Assembly (NCBI GenBank): GCA_964360855.1
Contig: CAYHXV010000004.1
Coordinates: forward strand, 1-39,819
Reading direction: 5' to 3'
Length of the DNA stretch: 39,819 bases
DNA from: an uncultured Candidatus Saccharibacteria bacterium
GTDB lineage: Bacteria > Patescibacteriota > Minisyncoccia > Phycocordibacterales > Phycocordibacteraceae
Shown: piece by piece, positions 27,577 to 36,115 of the stretch
Layout: each line of letters begins with the position of its first letter
How positions within the stretch are numbered: the stretch's first letter is position 1
The notes under the pieces: generated by a model
Database searches by the model: none
What the model saw: only the letters and a program-made list of their open reading frames with translations
Told to the model about the DNA's origin: nothing
Made by a program: the position numbers and the translations under genes

Positions 27577-28011
27577 ATGGAACGATTCCTTCCCAATCTG
27601 GAAGCGCTCACCGCTGAAGCTCGCGCATTCGCAAAAACACTCACTCCTCGCCAACACGGCGCAACTCTAGTCACCTTGTCTGGTGAGCTTGGGGCAGGGA
27701 AGACCTCCTTTGCCCAAGGGATTGCCAGTAGTTTGGGGGTGGTGGGATCAGTCACCAGTCCCACCTTCGTGCTTGAAAAGATATACCAACTGCACAGCGC
27801 GCCGTTTTCAAAACTCGTGCACATAGATGCATACCGTCTCACGGGTGGAGATGAGCTGCGCGCACTGGGTTTTGATGAACTTATGGGCGAGTCCGGAAAT
27901 CTCGTGCTGCTTGAATGGCCAGAGAAAGTTATTGATTTACTTCCAGCGCCAGCACACCGCATCACCCTTACGGTGCCTGCCACCGAAGGCCGCACCATTT
28001 CCTATGCCTAA
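27577..28011 (+). CDS. tsaE: tRNA t6A biosynthesis ATPase TsaE
   Basis: LSGELGAGKT, VTSPTF, HIDAYRL, LLEWP; start ATG 27577 with TACAAT 7 nt upstream. Confidence 0.93.
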   Translation: MERFLPNLEALTAEARAFAKTLTPRQHGATLVTLSGELGAGKTSFAQGIASSLGVVGSVTSPTFVLEKIYQLHSAPFSKLVHIDAYRLTGGDELRALGFDELMGESGNLVLLEWPEKVIDLLPAPAHRITLTVPATEGRTISYA

Positions 28012-30394
28012 GAAAGAAACACAAAAGCGGCTGGTACTGCTCGATGCACACGCCATCATTCATCGTGCGTACCACGCACTCCCTGACTTCACCGGACCCG
28101 CCGGCCAACCTACCGGTGCCCTCTACGGGCTCTCCTCAATGCTTCTTAAAATAGTTACCGATCTGCACCCTGACTATCTTGTTGCCTGCTACGACCTGCC
28201 GGGCCCAACCGTCAGACATGAAGCGTTCGCAGAATACAAAGGAACACGCGGAAAGTCAGACGATGCATTGGTCACACAACTCCAGAGCTCCCGACAAGTG
28301 TTTGAGGGGTTCTCCATACCCATCTATGAACGTGCAGGATTTGAGGCAGACGATGTGCTTGGCACCATCTGTAAAGAACTGGCAGGAGACACAAGTATTG
28401 AAATAATCATCGCGTCCGGAGACATGGACACCATGCAGTTGGTTGAGCAGGGGAGGGTGTCGGTGTACACCCTCAAGAAGGGACTTAATGACACCATTCT
28501 TTATGACGAGAAAGCCGTGATCGAGCGATACGGCTTCGCCCCCGAACTCATCGCAGACTATAAGGGGTTGCGGGGAGATCCCTCAGACAACATCAAAGGT
28601 ATTCCTGGCGTTGGCGAAAAGACGGCAACAGAGCTTATACAGAAGTTTGGAAGTGTTGAAGATATATACAAGACACTCAAGAAGAACGAAGCCGCATTTG
28701 TTGAGGCGGGTGTGAAGCCGCGCATGGTTCAACTTCTCAAAGACCATGAAGAGGACGCGCTCTTTTCAAAGAGCATGGCAATCATTCGTACCGATGCACC
28801 CATTGCATTCAACCTTCCAAAGAAAGAATGGAAGGACGAAATGAAGCAAGAGCGCATCTTTGCGCTCTTCGATGAATTCGGTTTCCGCACCTTGCGACAG
28901 CGCGTGCGTTTGTTGACGGAACAAACCGACGAAGAGGGAGAAGCAGCCATGCAGGAAATGGAGGAAGAAGAAACCGAACAGAGTGTGGACCAAGAACAAC
29001 TCAAGGAAGCGAAGGTTATGTTGTGGGTTCTGTACTCGGAGTTCACCAACCCCGACTATGACGATGTGCTTGGGTACACTAAAACGCACACGCTTAGCGA
29101 CGCATACCAGGAGCTCACGAAGCGCCTTAGCGAGATCCCCACACTTAAGCAGTTATATGAGGATATCGAGAAACCACTCATTCCAATTGTTACCGAAATG
29201 AGTCGGTGTGGAGTGCGCATAGACCGCGCTGTTCTCGAGAAGTTGCGAAGCACGTACCGTACTGAGCTAGAAAGTATCGAGAAGAATATCTTCAAAATGG
29301 CGGGAAGAGAGTTCAGTGTGAGCTCACCAAAACAACTTGGTGAAGTGTTGTTTGACGAACTAGAGCTTGTCGTAAAAGGACAAAAGAAAACTGCGGGAGG
29401 ACAGCGGAGTACCAAAGAGACTGAGCTCGAGAAGATTCGAGACCTGCATCCTATTGTGGACGAAGTACTGAAATATCGAGGGCTACGCAAACTTCTCAGC
29501 ACCTATATTGAGGCAATCCCCCCACTTCTTGATAGTGAGGACCGACTCCATGCGGAGTTCCTGCAGACCGGTGCTGTAACGGGTCGCATGGCAAGTCAGA
29601 ATCCGGGGCTGCAAAACATACCGATACGTACCGAGCAGGGAAGAGCAATTCGTAACGCATTCATTCCCCGAGAGGGATACACCCTCGTGGGTCTTGATTA
29701 CTCGCAGATTGAGCTACGCATTGCGGCAATTCTTTCAGGAGATGAGAAACTCTGTGAGATATTTCGCAGCGGCCGGGACGTACACACCGAGGTGGCAAGT
29801 GCTGTGATGGGAGTAGACCCAGCGAAGGTAGACCGTGAAATGCGTCGTCGAGCGAAGATTATTAACTTCGGGATTCTATACGGCATGGGGGTGAATGCAC
29901 TTAAGACGCAGCTTGGCACCTCTATTGGAGAGGCGCAACAGTACTTGGAAGACTATTTTCAAACCTTCTCCCGCTTAAAAGAATATCTGGAAGAGACGAA
30001 GGGGTTCGCACGCAAGAACGGATACACCGAAACCTTGTTTGGGAGACGCAGACAATTTCCCGAGATGAAGTCTCCTCTGCCGTATGTGCGCGCACAGGCA
30101 GAACGTATGGCAATTAATGCGCCCATACAAGGCACCCAATCTGATGTGATAAAGCTTGCCATGGTGCGAATTGATACGTGGCTCAAGGAGAACAATGCTC
30201 GAGAAGACGCACACCTTATTCTTCAGGTACACGACGAATTAGTGTACGAAATACGAAGTGAGAACGTGCAGGAGTTGGCGGACGGTGTTGAACACATTAT
30301 GGAAACCGTCCTCACAGACGAGCAGAGAAATGGAGTACCCATTCTTGCCGAGTGGAAGGCGGGTGCCAATTGGGGAAGCATGGAAGCTCTATGA
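28004..30394 (+). CDS. polA: DNA polymerase I
   Basis: LLDAHAIIHRAYHA, GFEADD, GDPSDNIKGIPGVG, TGRMASQNPGLQNIP, DYSQIELR, AKIINFGILYG, LQVHDEL; start ATG 28004. Confidence 0.95.
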   Translation: MPKKETQKRLVLLDAHAIIHRAYHALPDFTGPAGQPTGALYGLSSMLLKIVTDLHPDYLVACYDLPGPTVRHEAFAEYKGTRGKSDDALVTQLQSSRQVFEGFSIPIYERAGFEADDVLGTICKELAGDTSIEIIIASGDMDTMQLVEQGRVSVYTLKKGLNDTILYDEKAVIERYGFAPELIADYKGLRGDPSDNIKGIPGVGEKTATELIQKFGSVEDIYKTLKKNEAAFVEAGVKPRMVQLLKDHEEDALFSKSMAIIRTDAPIAFNLPKKEWKDEMKQERIFALFDEFGFRTLRQRVRLLTEQTDEEGEAAMQEMEEEETEQSVDQEQLKEAKVMLWVLYSEFTNPDYDDVLGYTKTHTLSDAYQELTKRLSEIPTLKQLYEDIEKPLIPIVTEMSRCGVRIDRAVLEKLRSTYRTELESIEKNIFKMAGREFSVSSPKQLGEVLFDELELVVKGQKKTAGGQRSTKETELEKIRDLHPIVDEVLKYRGLRKLLSTYIEAIPPLLDSEDRLHAEFLQTGAVTGRMASQNPGLQNIPIRTEQGRAIRNAFIPREGYTLVGLDYSQIELRIAAILSGDEKLCEIFRSGRDVHTEVASAVMGVDPAKVDREMRRRAKIINFGILYGMGVNALKTQLGTSIGEAQQYLEDYFQTFSRLKEYLEETKGFARKNGYTETLFGRRRQFPEMKSPLPYVRAQAERMAINAPIQGTQSDVIKLAMVRIDTWLKENNAREDAHLILQVHDELVYEIRSENVQELADGVEHIMETVLTDEQRNGVPILAEWKAGANWGSMEAL

Positions 30395-31044
30395 TCTACC
30401 TATTCCACGGGTCGGATACCAGTAAAGTGCGCGCAAAAGCATTTCAGTGGGTAGAGGCTGCACGAGCAAAGGCACCGGACGCCGTGTACCTGCGGATTGG
30501 TGCAGAGGATTTGAGTGAGGGAGTGCTCCGGGGTGCACTCAGCACACAGGGACTTTTCTTTTCAAAATCTCTCATCCTGCTCGATGACCCTTTTGCCCTT
30601 ACCGAGTCTGGAGAGACGGTACTCTCCCTTCTGGAGGAGCTTTCGCTGTCTCAAAACCCCGTGGCTATACTGGCCCCAAAGCTGTTGGCAGTGAGAATCA
30701 AAAAGCTCGAAGCCAAAGCCGAGAAGGTTTTCAAAATTGATGCGGGAGAGAAAAATGCACGGGGTTTTAATAGTGGACTGGTGAACGCCCTCGGGAGCAA
30801 AGACGGGGAACTGTTGTGGAGGGAGCTACAAAAAGCCTATCGCCAAGGGGATGCCCCTGAGATGGTACACGGTCTCCTACACTGGAAGGCGCGAGACATG
30901 ATGCAAAAGGGAAGCGCGAAGTGGGGAAGAGAGGGTGCACGGAAACTTTCCCGCGACCTAATTGAATTGGTGTCTGATTCACGCAGTGGCGACGTGCCGC
31001 TTGGGGTGGGGTTGGAACGGTTTGCGCTCTCTGTTACGAGTTAG
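30391..31044 (+). CDS. holA: Putative DNA polymerase III delta subunit (short HolA-like)
   Basis: MIYLFHGSD start, QGLF clamp-binding-like motif followed by KSLILL; translationally coupled to polA. Confidence 0.6.
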   Translation: MIYLFHGSDTSKVRAKAFQWVEAARAKAPDAVYLRIGAEDLSEGVLRGALSTQGLFFSKSLILLDDPFALTESGETVLSLLEELSLSQNPVAILAPKLLAVRIKKLEAKAEKVFKIDAGEKNARGFNSGLVNALGSKDGELLWRELQKAYRQGDAPEMVHGLLHWKARDMMQKGSAKWGREGARKLSRDLIELVSDSRSGDVPLGVGLERFALSVTS

Positions 31045-31552
31045 TAATTATTCGGGCTACTTCCCGAGCCACCTCCTCAGGAGCCTTATTTGATGTATCA
31101 ACAATGGACAACCCCTCTTCTGCTGACTCTTCTCGCATTTTCTTTGCGTACCACACATTGCCGTCAATAAATTCCATCACCGGCTTTCCAATAACTGTCT
31201 GAGCTTCATCAAATATTCCGTCCTTGGTGTATCTGCCCACCAAGCGCTCACGAATCGTATCGGCGTCTGCATCAAGCACAATGATTTCCAATTCTCTCAG
31301 TTGTGATGATTCAAAATCGCCAGGCTTCACAAAACCACACACCACTAACTGCTGACCGCTCTCTCGATACGTAGCCCCTTCAGCAATCCAGTGCGCCGCC
31401 TCGTTTTTGCGCCAAGCATGGTCTGCACCATCAGGCACACCGCGCGAATCAAAATCAACCACCACGAAGGAAGTGGGTAGAAGCTCTCGCAGGTAGGGCA
31501 TAAGCGTTGATTTACCAACGCCGCACACACCGCTTATGAATACTGTTTTCAT
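31034..31552 (-). CDS. P-loop nucleoside/nucleotide kinase-like protein
   Basis: FISGVCGVGKST Walker A, DADADTIRERL..R lid, VDTSNKAPEEVA. Confidence 0.75.
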   Translation of the reverse strand: MKTVFISGVCGVGKSTLMPYLRELLPTSFVVVDFDSRGVPDGADHAWRKNEAAHWIAEGATYRESGQQLVVCGFVKPGDFESSQLRELEIIVLDADADTIRERLVGRYTKDGIFDEAQTVIGKPVMEFIDGNVWYAKKMREESAEEGLSIVDTSNKAPEEVAREVARIITNS

Positions 31553-31553
31553 G

Positions 31554-31626
31554 TGCGCCCACTTGGATTTGAACCAAGGACCGTCTCCTTAAAAGGGAGC
31601 TGCTCTACCAACTGAGCTATGGGCGC
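31554..31626 (-). tRNA. tRNA-Lys (UUU)
   Basis: GCGCCCATAGCTCAGTTGGTAGAGCAGCTCCCTTTTAAGGAGACGGTCCTTGGTTCAAATCCAAGTGGGCGCA; loop CTTTTAA; CCA not encoded. Confidence 0.95.
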
Positions 31627-31644
31627 ATGTGTTCTGTTATACCG

Positions 31645-32643
31645 CTAATAGGTATAGAGGTCTACCGTTAATCCATTCTCGTCCAAAAGACGAACGCCAT
31701 CGCGCGACGATTTCCAGAGCTCGCCATACTCACTTTTTTCCTTGTGTGTGCGGGTGATATCGGTGCGCCCCAGGAAGATTCTCCAGGTGCCGGTGGAGAA
31801 ATACGCGTCGTATTGATGAGAGGCTACACAGCCATTGTAGTTAAGGCGCTTATCGATGAGTGCCAGACAATACGAGGAGATACGCCCGGCGTCACTGGGA
31901 GTTTTGCAGATACTCGTGTTCTGCACTGCTTGGTAGCATCCGGTGTCCTTGTATGGGTTTCCCTCAAAGTAATGATCGAATTCATCACGGGCCGTGGGGC
32001 AGCGCTGCGCAAGTGCCGGGGAAAAGGACTGCGAGTACCCAAGATACCCCGTACACATATTCTCCCGGAAGGATCCGCCGATAGGCGACTCTCCCGAAAC
32101 AATGTATGCCTGGTCTCCAGGATGCAGCACAATGGGTGCTGTTTCGTTCACGCCACCTGACGTGGGAAGGGCACTGCCTGTCCCAATGCGCACACTGGTG
32201 TCCGTTGATACAGACTGCAGGCGCCACCCAGTAATGGTGTAGTCCTGTGGCGCGCTCGAGGACACTTGAATCGTTACATACTCCTGGTCCTGATCAGTTG
32301 CAGAAAAGTTTCCGCCGGTGATGCGCACCATACCCCGATAGGGGGAAGGGGTGCTGAAGAGCGCCTGCTTCTTGGCCTCTATTTGCAGGTTGCCAAGCTG
32401 ATACTGCGCGCTCGACAAGCTACTCCGTATTTCCTGTGTCTTCACCCCAGGAAGTGAGCCCGTTACGTTTACTCCACTGAGCCATGTACCATTCCCATAT
32501 CCCACCTGTGTTTGGTCTACGTTCGTTATGGGGGTGATATAGGGACCAGACCACGAAATAGGCTTTGTGGGGCCACCTCCCGCGAGCCACAACACAAAGA
32601 AAAACACCATCATCGCTAGGAAAAAGAGGAACTCGCTCTGCAT
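31645..32643 (-). CDS. Membrane-anchored extracellular protein with lamin-tail-domain-like region
   Basis: N-terminal TM; EYVTIQ...ITGWRLQS...VLHPG...W....DGVRLLDENGLTVD pattern, with a Cys-containing insertion. Confidence 0.65.
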   Translation of the reverse strand: MQSEFLFFLAMMVFFFVLWLAGGGPTKPISWSGPYITPITNVDQTQVGYGNGTWLSGVNVTGSLPGVKTQEIRSSLSSAQYQLGNLQIEAKKQALFSTPSPYRGMVRITGGNFSATDQDQEYVTIQVSSSAPQDYTITGWRLQSVSTDTSVRIGTGSALPTSGGVNETAPIVLHPGDQAYIVSGESPIGGSFRENMCTGYLGYSQSFSPALAQRCPTARDEFDHYFEGNPYKDTGCYQAVQNTSICKTPSDAGRISSYCLALIDKRLNYNGCVASHQYDAYFSTGTWRIFLGRTDITRTHKEKSEYGELWKSSRDGVRLLDENGLTVDLYTY

Positions 32644-32647
32644 GTAC

Positions 32648-33919
32648 TTATGATACCGCGCTCGTATTTAATTTCTCTAACTCTTCACGCACTACCTGTG
32701 CATCACTCCAAGGAGTTTTGGTGTCGCTTGCTTCCATGATGAACGGATCCGTGCCTTTCCCGGTGATAAGCACGGCGTCTCCGGGACGAGCAAGAGAGAG
32801 GGCTGTGCGTATTGCCTCACGCCTGTCCATAATGATGCGTGGTGTCCGTTTCATACCTGCCGCCATGGCGTCTACGATCGCTTGTGGGTCTTCATCATAG
32901 GGGTCTTCGTTTGCGAGTATCACCTCATCGCAGTGCTCGTCTGCGATTTGCCCCATCAACGGGCGCTTCCACGTGTCTCTGCCACCACCGGTGTTTCCAA
33001 GTACACAAATCTTTCGGCGCTTGGCGTATGCGCCGTACAGCGCGAGAAGGGAGTCGGGGGTGTGTGCGTAGTCCACAATAGCGAGGAAATCTTGTCCGGC
33101 GTCTATTTTTTCGGCACGTCCCGGTATGCGAGTGAGGAGGTGGAGTGCCTCGCTACTCGTTTCAACAGGAACCCCAAGCCATGCCGCAGTTTTAATAGCG
33201 GCCAATGCATTCATCACAGAAAACTCTCCCGGTTGGGGAATAGTGAATAGAACACCCTCGTATCGGAAAGACACCGCACCGTCCTGAAGAGAGAGCTCAC
33301 CCGCGTCCCCAACACCAAAAGGAAGTTTGGTTTCAACGGGAAGCGCGAGGTACGGCTTTGAATATTCGTTATTACTGTTGGCAATAATTGAACGTGGTCG
33401 CTTGGGGGAGTGGGCAAGTGCCTGGCCAAGACGAAACTTTGCCGCTGCATAGTGCTCGATGGAGCCATGGGACTCTATGTGTTCTCGTTGAAGGTTGGTA
33501 AAGATGAGGGCGTCCATATCGAGAAACAGGTGGCGGTTTTGTACTGCACCCTCGCTCGTTAACTCCACAATTGCGTACTGCGCACCTTTTTGTACTGCGC
33601 TTGCAAGAAATGATTGGAGGAATCCCCGTCCTTGCATGGTCATCTTGAAGAGGTTGGGGCGAGACTCTTCGTTCACCGCAAAACGAATCGTACCGGCTAC
33701 TGCGGTTGAGTATTTTGCATGGCGCAAAATAGCAAACAACATTTCAGACACTGACGATTTTCCTTTGGTGCCCGTTACGCCGATAACGGTGAGCTTGCGA
33801 GCAGGGAAGCTGTAGAATAGTGCTGATCCAAATACCCAGAGGTAGTGGTACGACTTCAGAAGGATCGCGTATAAGCGACGAGGGAGGAGAGATTCGAGAA
33901 GTGAACGAAGCCAGCTCAT
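32648..33919 (-). CDS. murE: Mur ligase, MurE-like
   Basis: IGVTGTKGKSS, ELTSEG, FTNLQREHIESH, IPGRAE, VDYAHTPD, GGGRD..KRPLMG, LITGKG. Confidence 0.88.
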   Translation of the reverse strand: MSWLRSLLESLLPRRLYAILLKSYHYLWVFGSALFYSFPARKLTVIGVTGTKGKSSVSEMLFAILRHAKYSTAVAGTIRFAVNEESRPNLFKMTMQGRGFLQSFLASAVQKGAQYAIVELTSEGAVQNRHLFLDMDALIFTNLQREHIESHGSIEHYAAAKFRLGQALAHSPKRPRSIIANSNNEYSKPYLALPVETKLPFGVGDAGELSLQDGAVSFRYEGVLFTIPQPGEFSVMNALAAIKTAAWLGVPVETSSEALHLLTRIPGRAEKIDAGQDFLAIVDYAHTPDSLLALYGAYAKRRKICVLGNTGGGRDTWKRPLMGQIADEHCDEVILANEDPYDEDPQAIVDAMAAGMKRTPRIIMDRREAIRTALSLARPGDAVLITGKGTDPFIMEASDTKTPWSDAQVVREELEKLNTSAVS

Positions 33920-33920
33920 A

Positions 33921-34475
33921 TTATTTAGACGCAGAAGATAGCGCGGCCTTCAGGCGCGCATCCTTGCCTACCGTTGTCTTTGGAATGTGAGAAAGTGCCC
34001 CTCGTGCTTCGCGATCCGTGTATCCGAGCGCCACCAGCGTATCAAACACATCAGCGTCGCTTTCGTCGTGCCCTTCGCTACTGCCACCAAGCTTCTCAGA
34101 GAGCAACACGGTGAGCTTGTCTGCCGCCTTTTTGCCAAGTCCCGCTACACGCGTGAGATAGTCTGTGTCTCGCGAAGCGATAGCGCTTTCAAGAGCTGCT
34201 CGAGGACCCTTGCGCATAATAGAGAGGGCGGACTTAGGACCAACACTTGGCACCGTGATGAGAAGCTCAAAGAAGGTGCGGTCTTCCTCGGTGAGGAACC
34301 CAAATAAATCCACCCCGTCCTGTTTAATGGATAGGTACGTTTTGAGGAGCACTACGGTGTCCGGGAGTAGCTGCTCGGGGGAGGCCAGCTGCACATAGAC
34401 ACCCCAGCCGCTCACGTCCACGACGGCACCCGCCCCACCAACTGAGCTCACGGTTCCTCGAATCTCGCGAATCAT
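33921..34475 (-). CDS. ruvA: Holliday junction branch migration protein RuvA
   Basis: MIREIRG, LFGF, LITVPSVGPKSAL, VAGLGKKAA, LVALGY. Confidence 0.92.
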   Translation of the reverse strand: MIREIRGTVSSVGGAGAVVDVSGWGVYVQLASPEQLLPDTVVLLKTYLSIKQDGVDLFGFLTEEDRTFFELLITVPSVGPKSALSIMRKGPRAALESAIASRDTDYLTRVAGLGKKAADKLTVLLSEKLGGSSEGHDESDADVFDTLVALGYTDREARGALSHIPKTTVGKDARLKAALSSASK

Positions 34476-34532
34476 GCGTATATCCTAGCATTTCTTGCAT
34501 CTCTAACCGATATATCGTACTATCCGTCCTAC

Positions 34533-34796
34533 ATGGCAATCACCTCATCTGCAAAGAAAGCGCACCGCGCTTCACTCAAAAAGCACGTATTTAATGTGCG
34601 TCGCAAGCGTGCACTTACAGAAACCACCAAGACCGTTAAGAAGCTTATGGTTTCCGATACCAAGGCTGCGAACGAGTCTCTCGCACAGGCATACAAGGCT
34701 ATTGATAAGGCGGCAAAGACAGGCGTTATCAAGAAGAACACCGCAGCTCGCAAGAAGTCCCGTTTGGCACTCGCTATTGCGCGGGCAGGGAAGTAG
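34533..34796 (+). CDS. rpsT: 30S ribosomal protein S20
   Basis: SAKKAHR, AIDKAAKTGVIKKNTAARKKSRL; promoter TTGCAT-17nt-TACTAT at 34495-34523. Confidence 0.95.
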   Translation: MAITSSAKKAHRASLKKHVFNVRRKRALTETTKTVKKLMVSDTKAANESLAQAYKAIDKAAKTGVIKKNTAARKKSRLALAIARAGK

Positions 34797-34801
34797 GGAA
34801 G

Positions 34802-34845
34802 ATAAAAGAAAACACCCGGACAATTGTCCGGGTGTTTTCTTTTAT
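34802..34845. terminator. Bidirectional terminator; perfect 44-bp palindrome
   Basis: ATAAAAGAAAACACCCGGACAA|TTGTCCGGGTGTTTTCTTTTAT between convergent rpsT and tRNA-Arg. Confidence 0.85.
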
Positions 34846-34846
34846 G

Positions 34847-34918
34847 TGCTCCTGGATGGAATCGAACCATCATTACGAATTCCGCAAACTCGCGTCCTAT
34901 CCATTGAACGACAGGAGC
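34847..34918 (-). tRNA. tRNA-Arg (GCG)
   Basis: GCTCCTGTCGTTCAATGGATAGGACGCGAGTTTGCGGAATTCGTAATGATGGTTCGATTCCATCCAGGAGCA; stem CGAGT/ATTCG, loop TTGCGGA; CCA not encoded. Confidence 0.92.
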
Positions 34919-34963
34919 TAACGTTTTTGACTCTATCCTTTCCTTGCGCGCTCTGCAACTTTT

Positions 34964-35437
34964 CTAGAGTCTAAACAATTCAACCACCCAATCCATGATG
35001 GACTCATCATGTTTGCCCTCCTCCACGTGGTGGCTGAAGAATTCATAGATCTCAACCGGGTCGTGCCCAACGATAGGGATAAGGATATGAGGAGCCAAGA
35101 GCCGCTTAGTCTTAATGGAAAGGGAAGGAGGCCAGCTGGGGTCTGCATACTCAAGCACGGAGAAGTGCAGCATTTCGTCGTATGTGTAGAGTGTTTGATC
35201 TACCGTTACCCCCCGATCGGTAATAGCAAATTGGTGGGTACGGGTGCTGCGTGCTGCCGTTAAAGCAACGGTGCCACTGGCTGCCAGAATAACAAGACCC
35301 AAGATTATGTTGTTGAAGAGAATGCACGCAACAACTCCCGCCACGGCGATAAGACCAAGAGCCCAGTACCAATCGGCACCTTTTTCTTCAAATGCATATT
35401 CTTGTCCTTCCCACTGGTAGAAGACCGTGCGCGCCAT
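34964..35437 (-). CDS. Hypothetical membrane protein (2 TM plus beta-rich C-domain)
   Basis: 157-aa ORF; DWYWALGLIA hydrophobic hairpin; TGcTATCAT 6 nt upstream of ATG. Confidence 0.75.
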   Translation of the reverse strand: MARTVFYQWEGQEYAFEEKGADWYWALGLIAVAGVVACILFNNIILGLVILAASGTVALTAARSTRTHQFAITDRGVTVDQTLYTYDEMLHFSVLEYADPSWPPSLSIKTKRLLAPHILIPIVGHDPVEIYEFFSHHVEEGKHDESIMDWVVELFRL

Positions 35438-35472
35438 GTGTTGATGATAGCACTCGTCTGTGCACGGGAGCG

Positions 35473-36024
35473 CTACTTGATTTCCAGTTCCGTTAATAGC
35501 TCGAGAATTGTGTCGATACCTTTTCCAAAATGACCTTTATCATCGAAAGAAATGAGTCGGGCTCCTAGACCCGTGGCATTCTCGTCACCCTGTACAAATG
35601 GTACCCACTGGTCATCTTTAGAGTGAAAGACAACAAAATCATCACAGTGCATCTTTATTTTTTCAAAGTCATAACCCGCTACACTGTAGAAACCGTTATT
35701 GGTCTCTGTTGGAATTGCACGGTTCTTCACAAACCCAGAATTCGTAGCCACCAGTATTACTTTTCGGACTTTCACACTCGGTGGCTGCTTTTCAAGCCAA
35801 CGAAGTATTGCAACTCCACCACGGGAGTGACCGATGAGAACTGTTTCCTGATCAGGGTGCGTTTGAGAAAGAGTTGAAACCCACTCCTCAATTTTAGGAT
35901 CCTGAGCGTCAGGAAGTATCGGTACGATGCAAGGAACATCACGCTTTTCAACTTCGCCCTTAAACCACGGATACCACTTCTGACTCGGGTCGGTATCTTT
36001 ACCGTGCATCAGGATGACTTTCAT
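35473..36024 (-). CDS. Alpha/beta hydrolase, RBBP9/YdeN-like
   Basis: ILMHG, WYPW, GHSRGG nucleophile elbow, HSKDDQWVP, KGHF; true start ATG 36024 (the track start lies inside tRNA-Ser). Confidence 0.85.
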   Translation of the reverse strand: MKVILMHGKDTDPSQKWYPWFKGEVEKRDVPCIVPILPDAQDPKIEEWVSTLSQTHPDQETVLIGHSRGGVAILRWLEKQPPSVKVRKVILVATNSGFVKNRAIPTETNNGFYSVAGYDFEKIKMHCDDFVVFHSKDDQWVPFVQGDENATGLGARLISFDDKGHFGKGIDTILELLTELEIK

Positions 36025-36026
36025 AT

Positions 36027-36115
36027 TGGCGGAGGAGGTGGGATTCGAACCCACGGTACCTTTACGATACGGCGCATTTCAAGTGCGCTGGAATAAACCG
36101 CTATCCGACTCCTCC
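36027..36115 (-). tRNA. tRNA-Ser (UGA)
   Basis: GGAGGAG acceptor stem, anticodon arm GCGCA-CTTGAAA-TGCGC, long variable arm, GTTCGAATC, encoded CCA. Confidence 0.95.

Noticed and set aside
27333-28003. Long N-terminal extensions of tsaE and polA, and antisense ORF 27333-27998
   Set aside because: The tsaE extension crosses the lipoprotein gene and terminator, and the polA extension overlaps tsaE; conserved motifs begin at 27577 and 28004.
31069-31078. CCACCTCCTC matching the tRNA-Ser 3' end as a possible att site
   Set aside because: Only 10 nt, in the wrong orientation, and inside a coding region.
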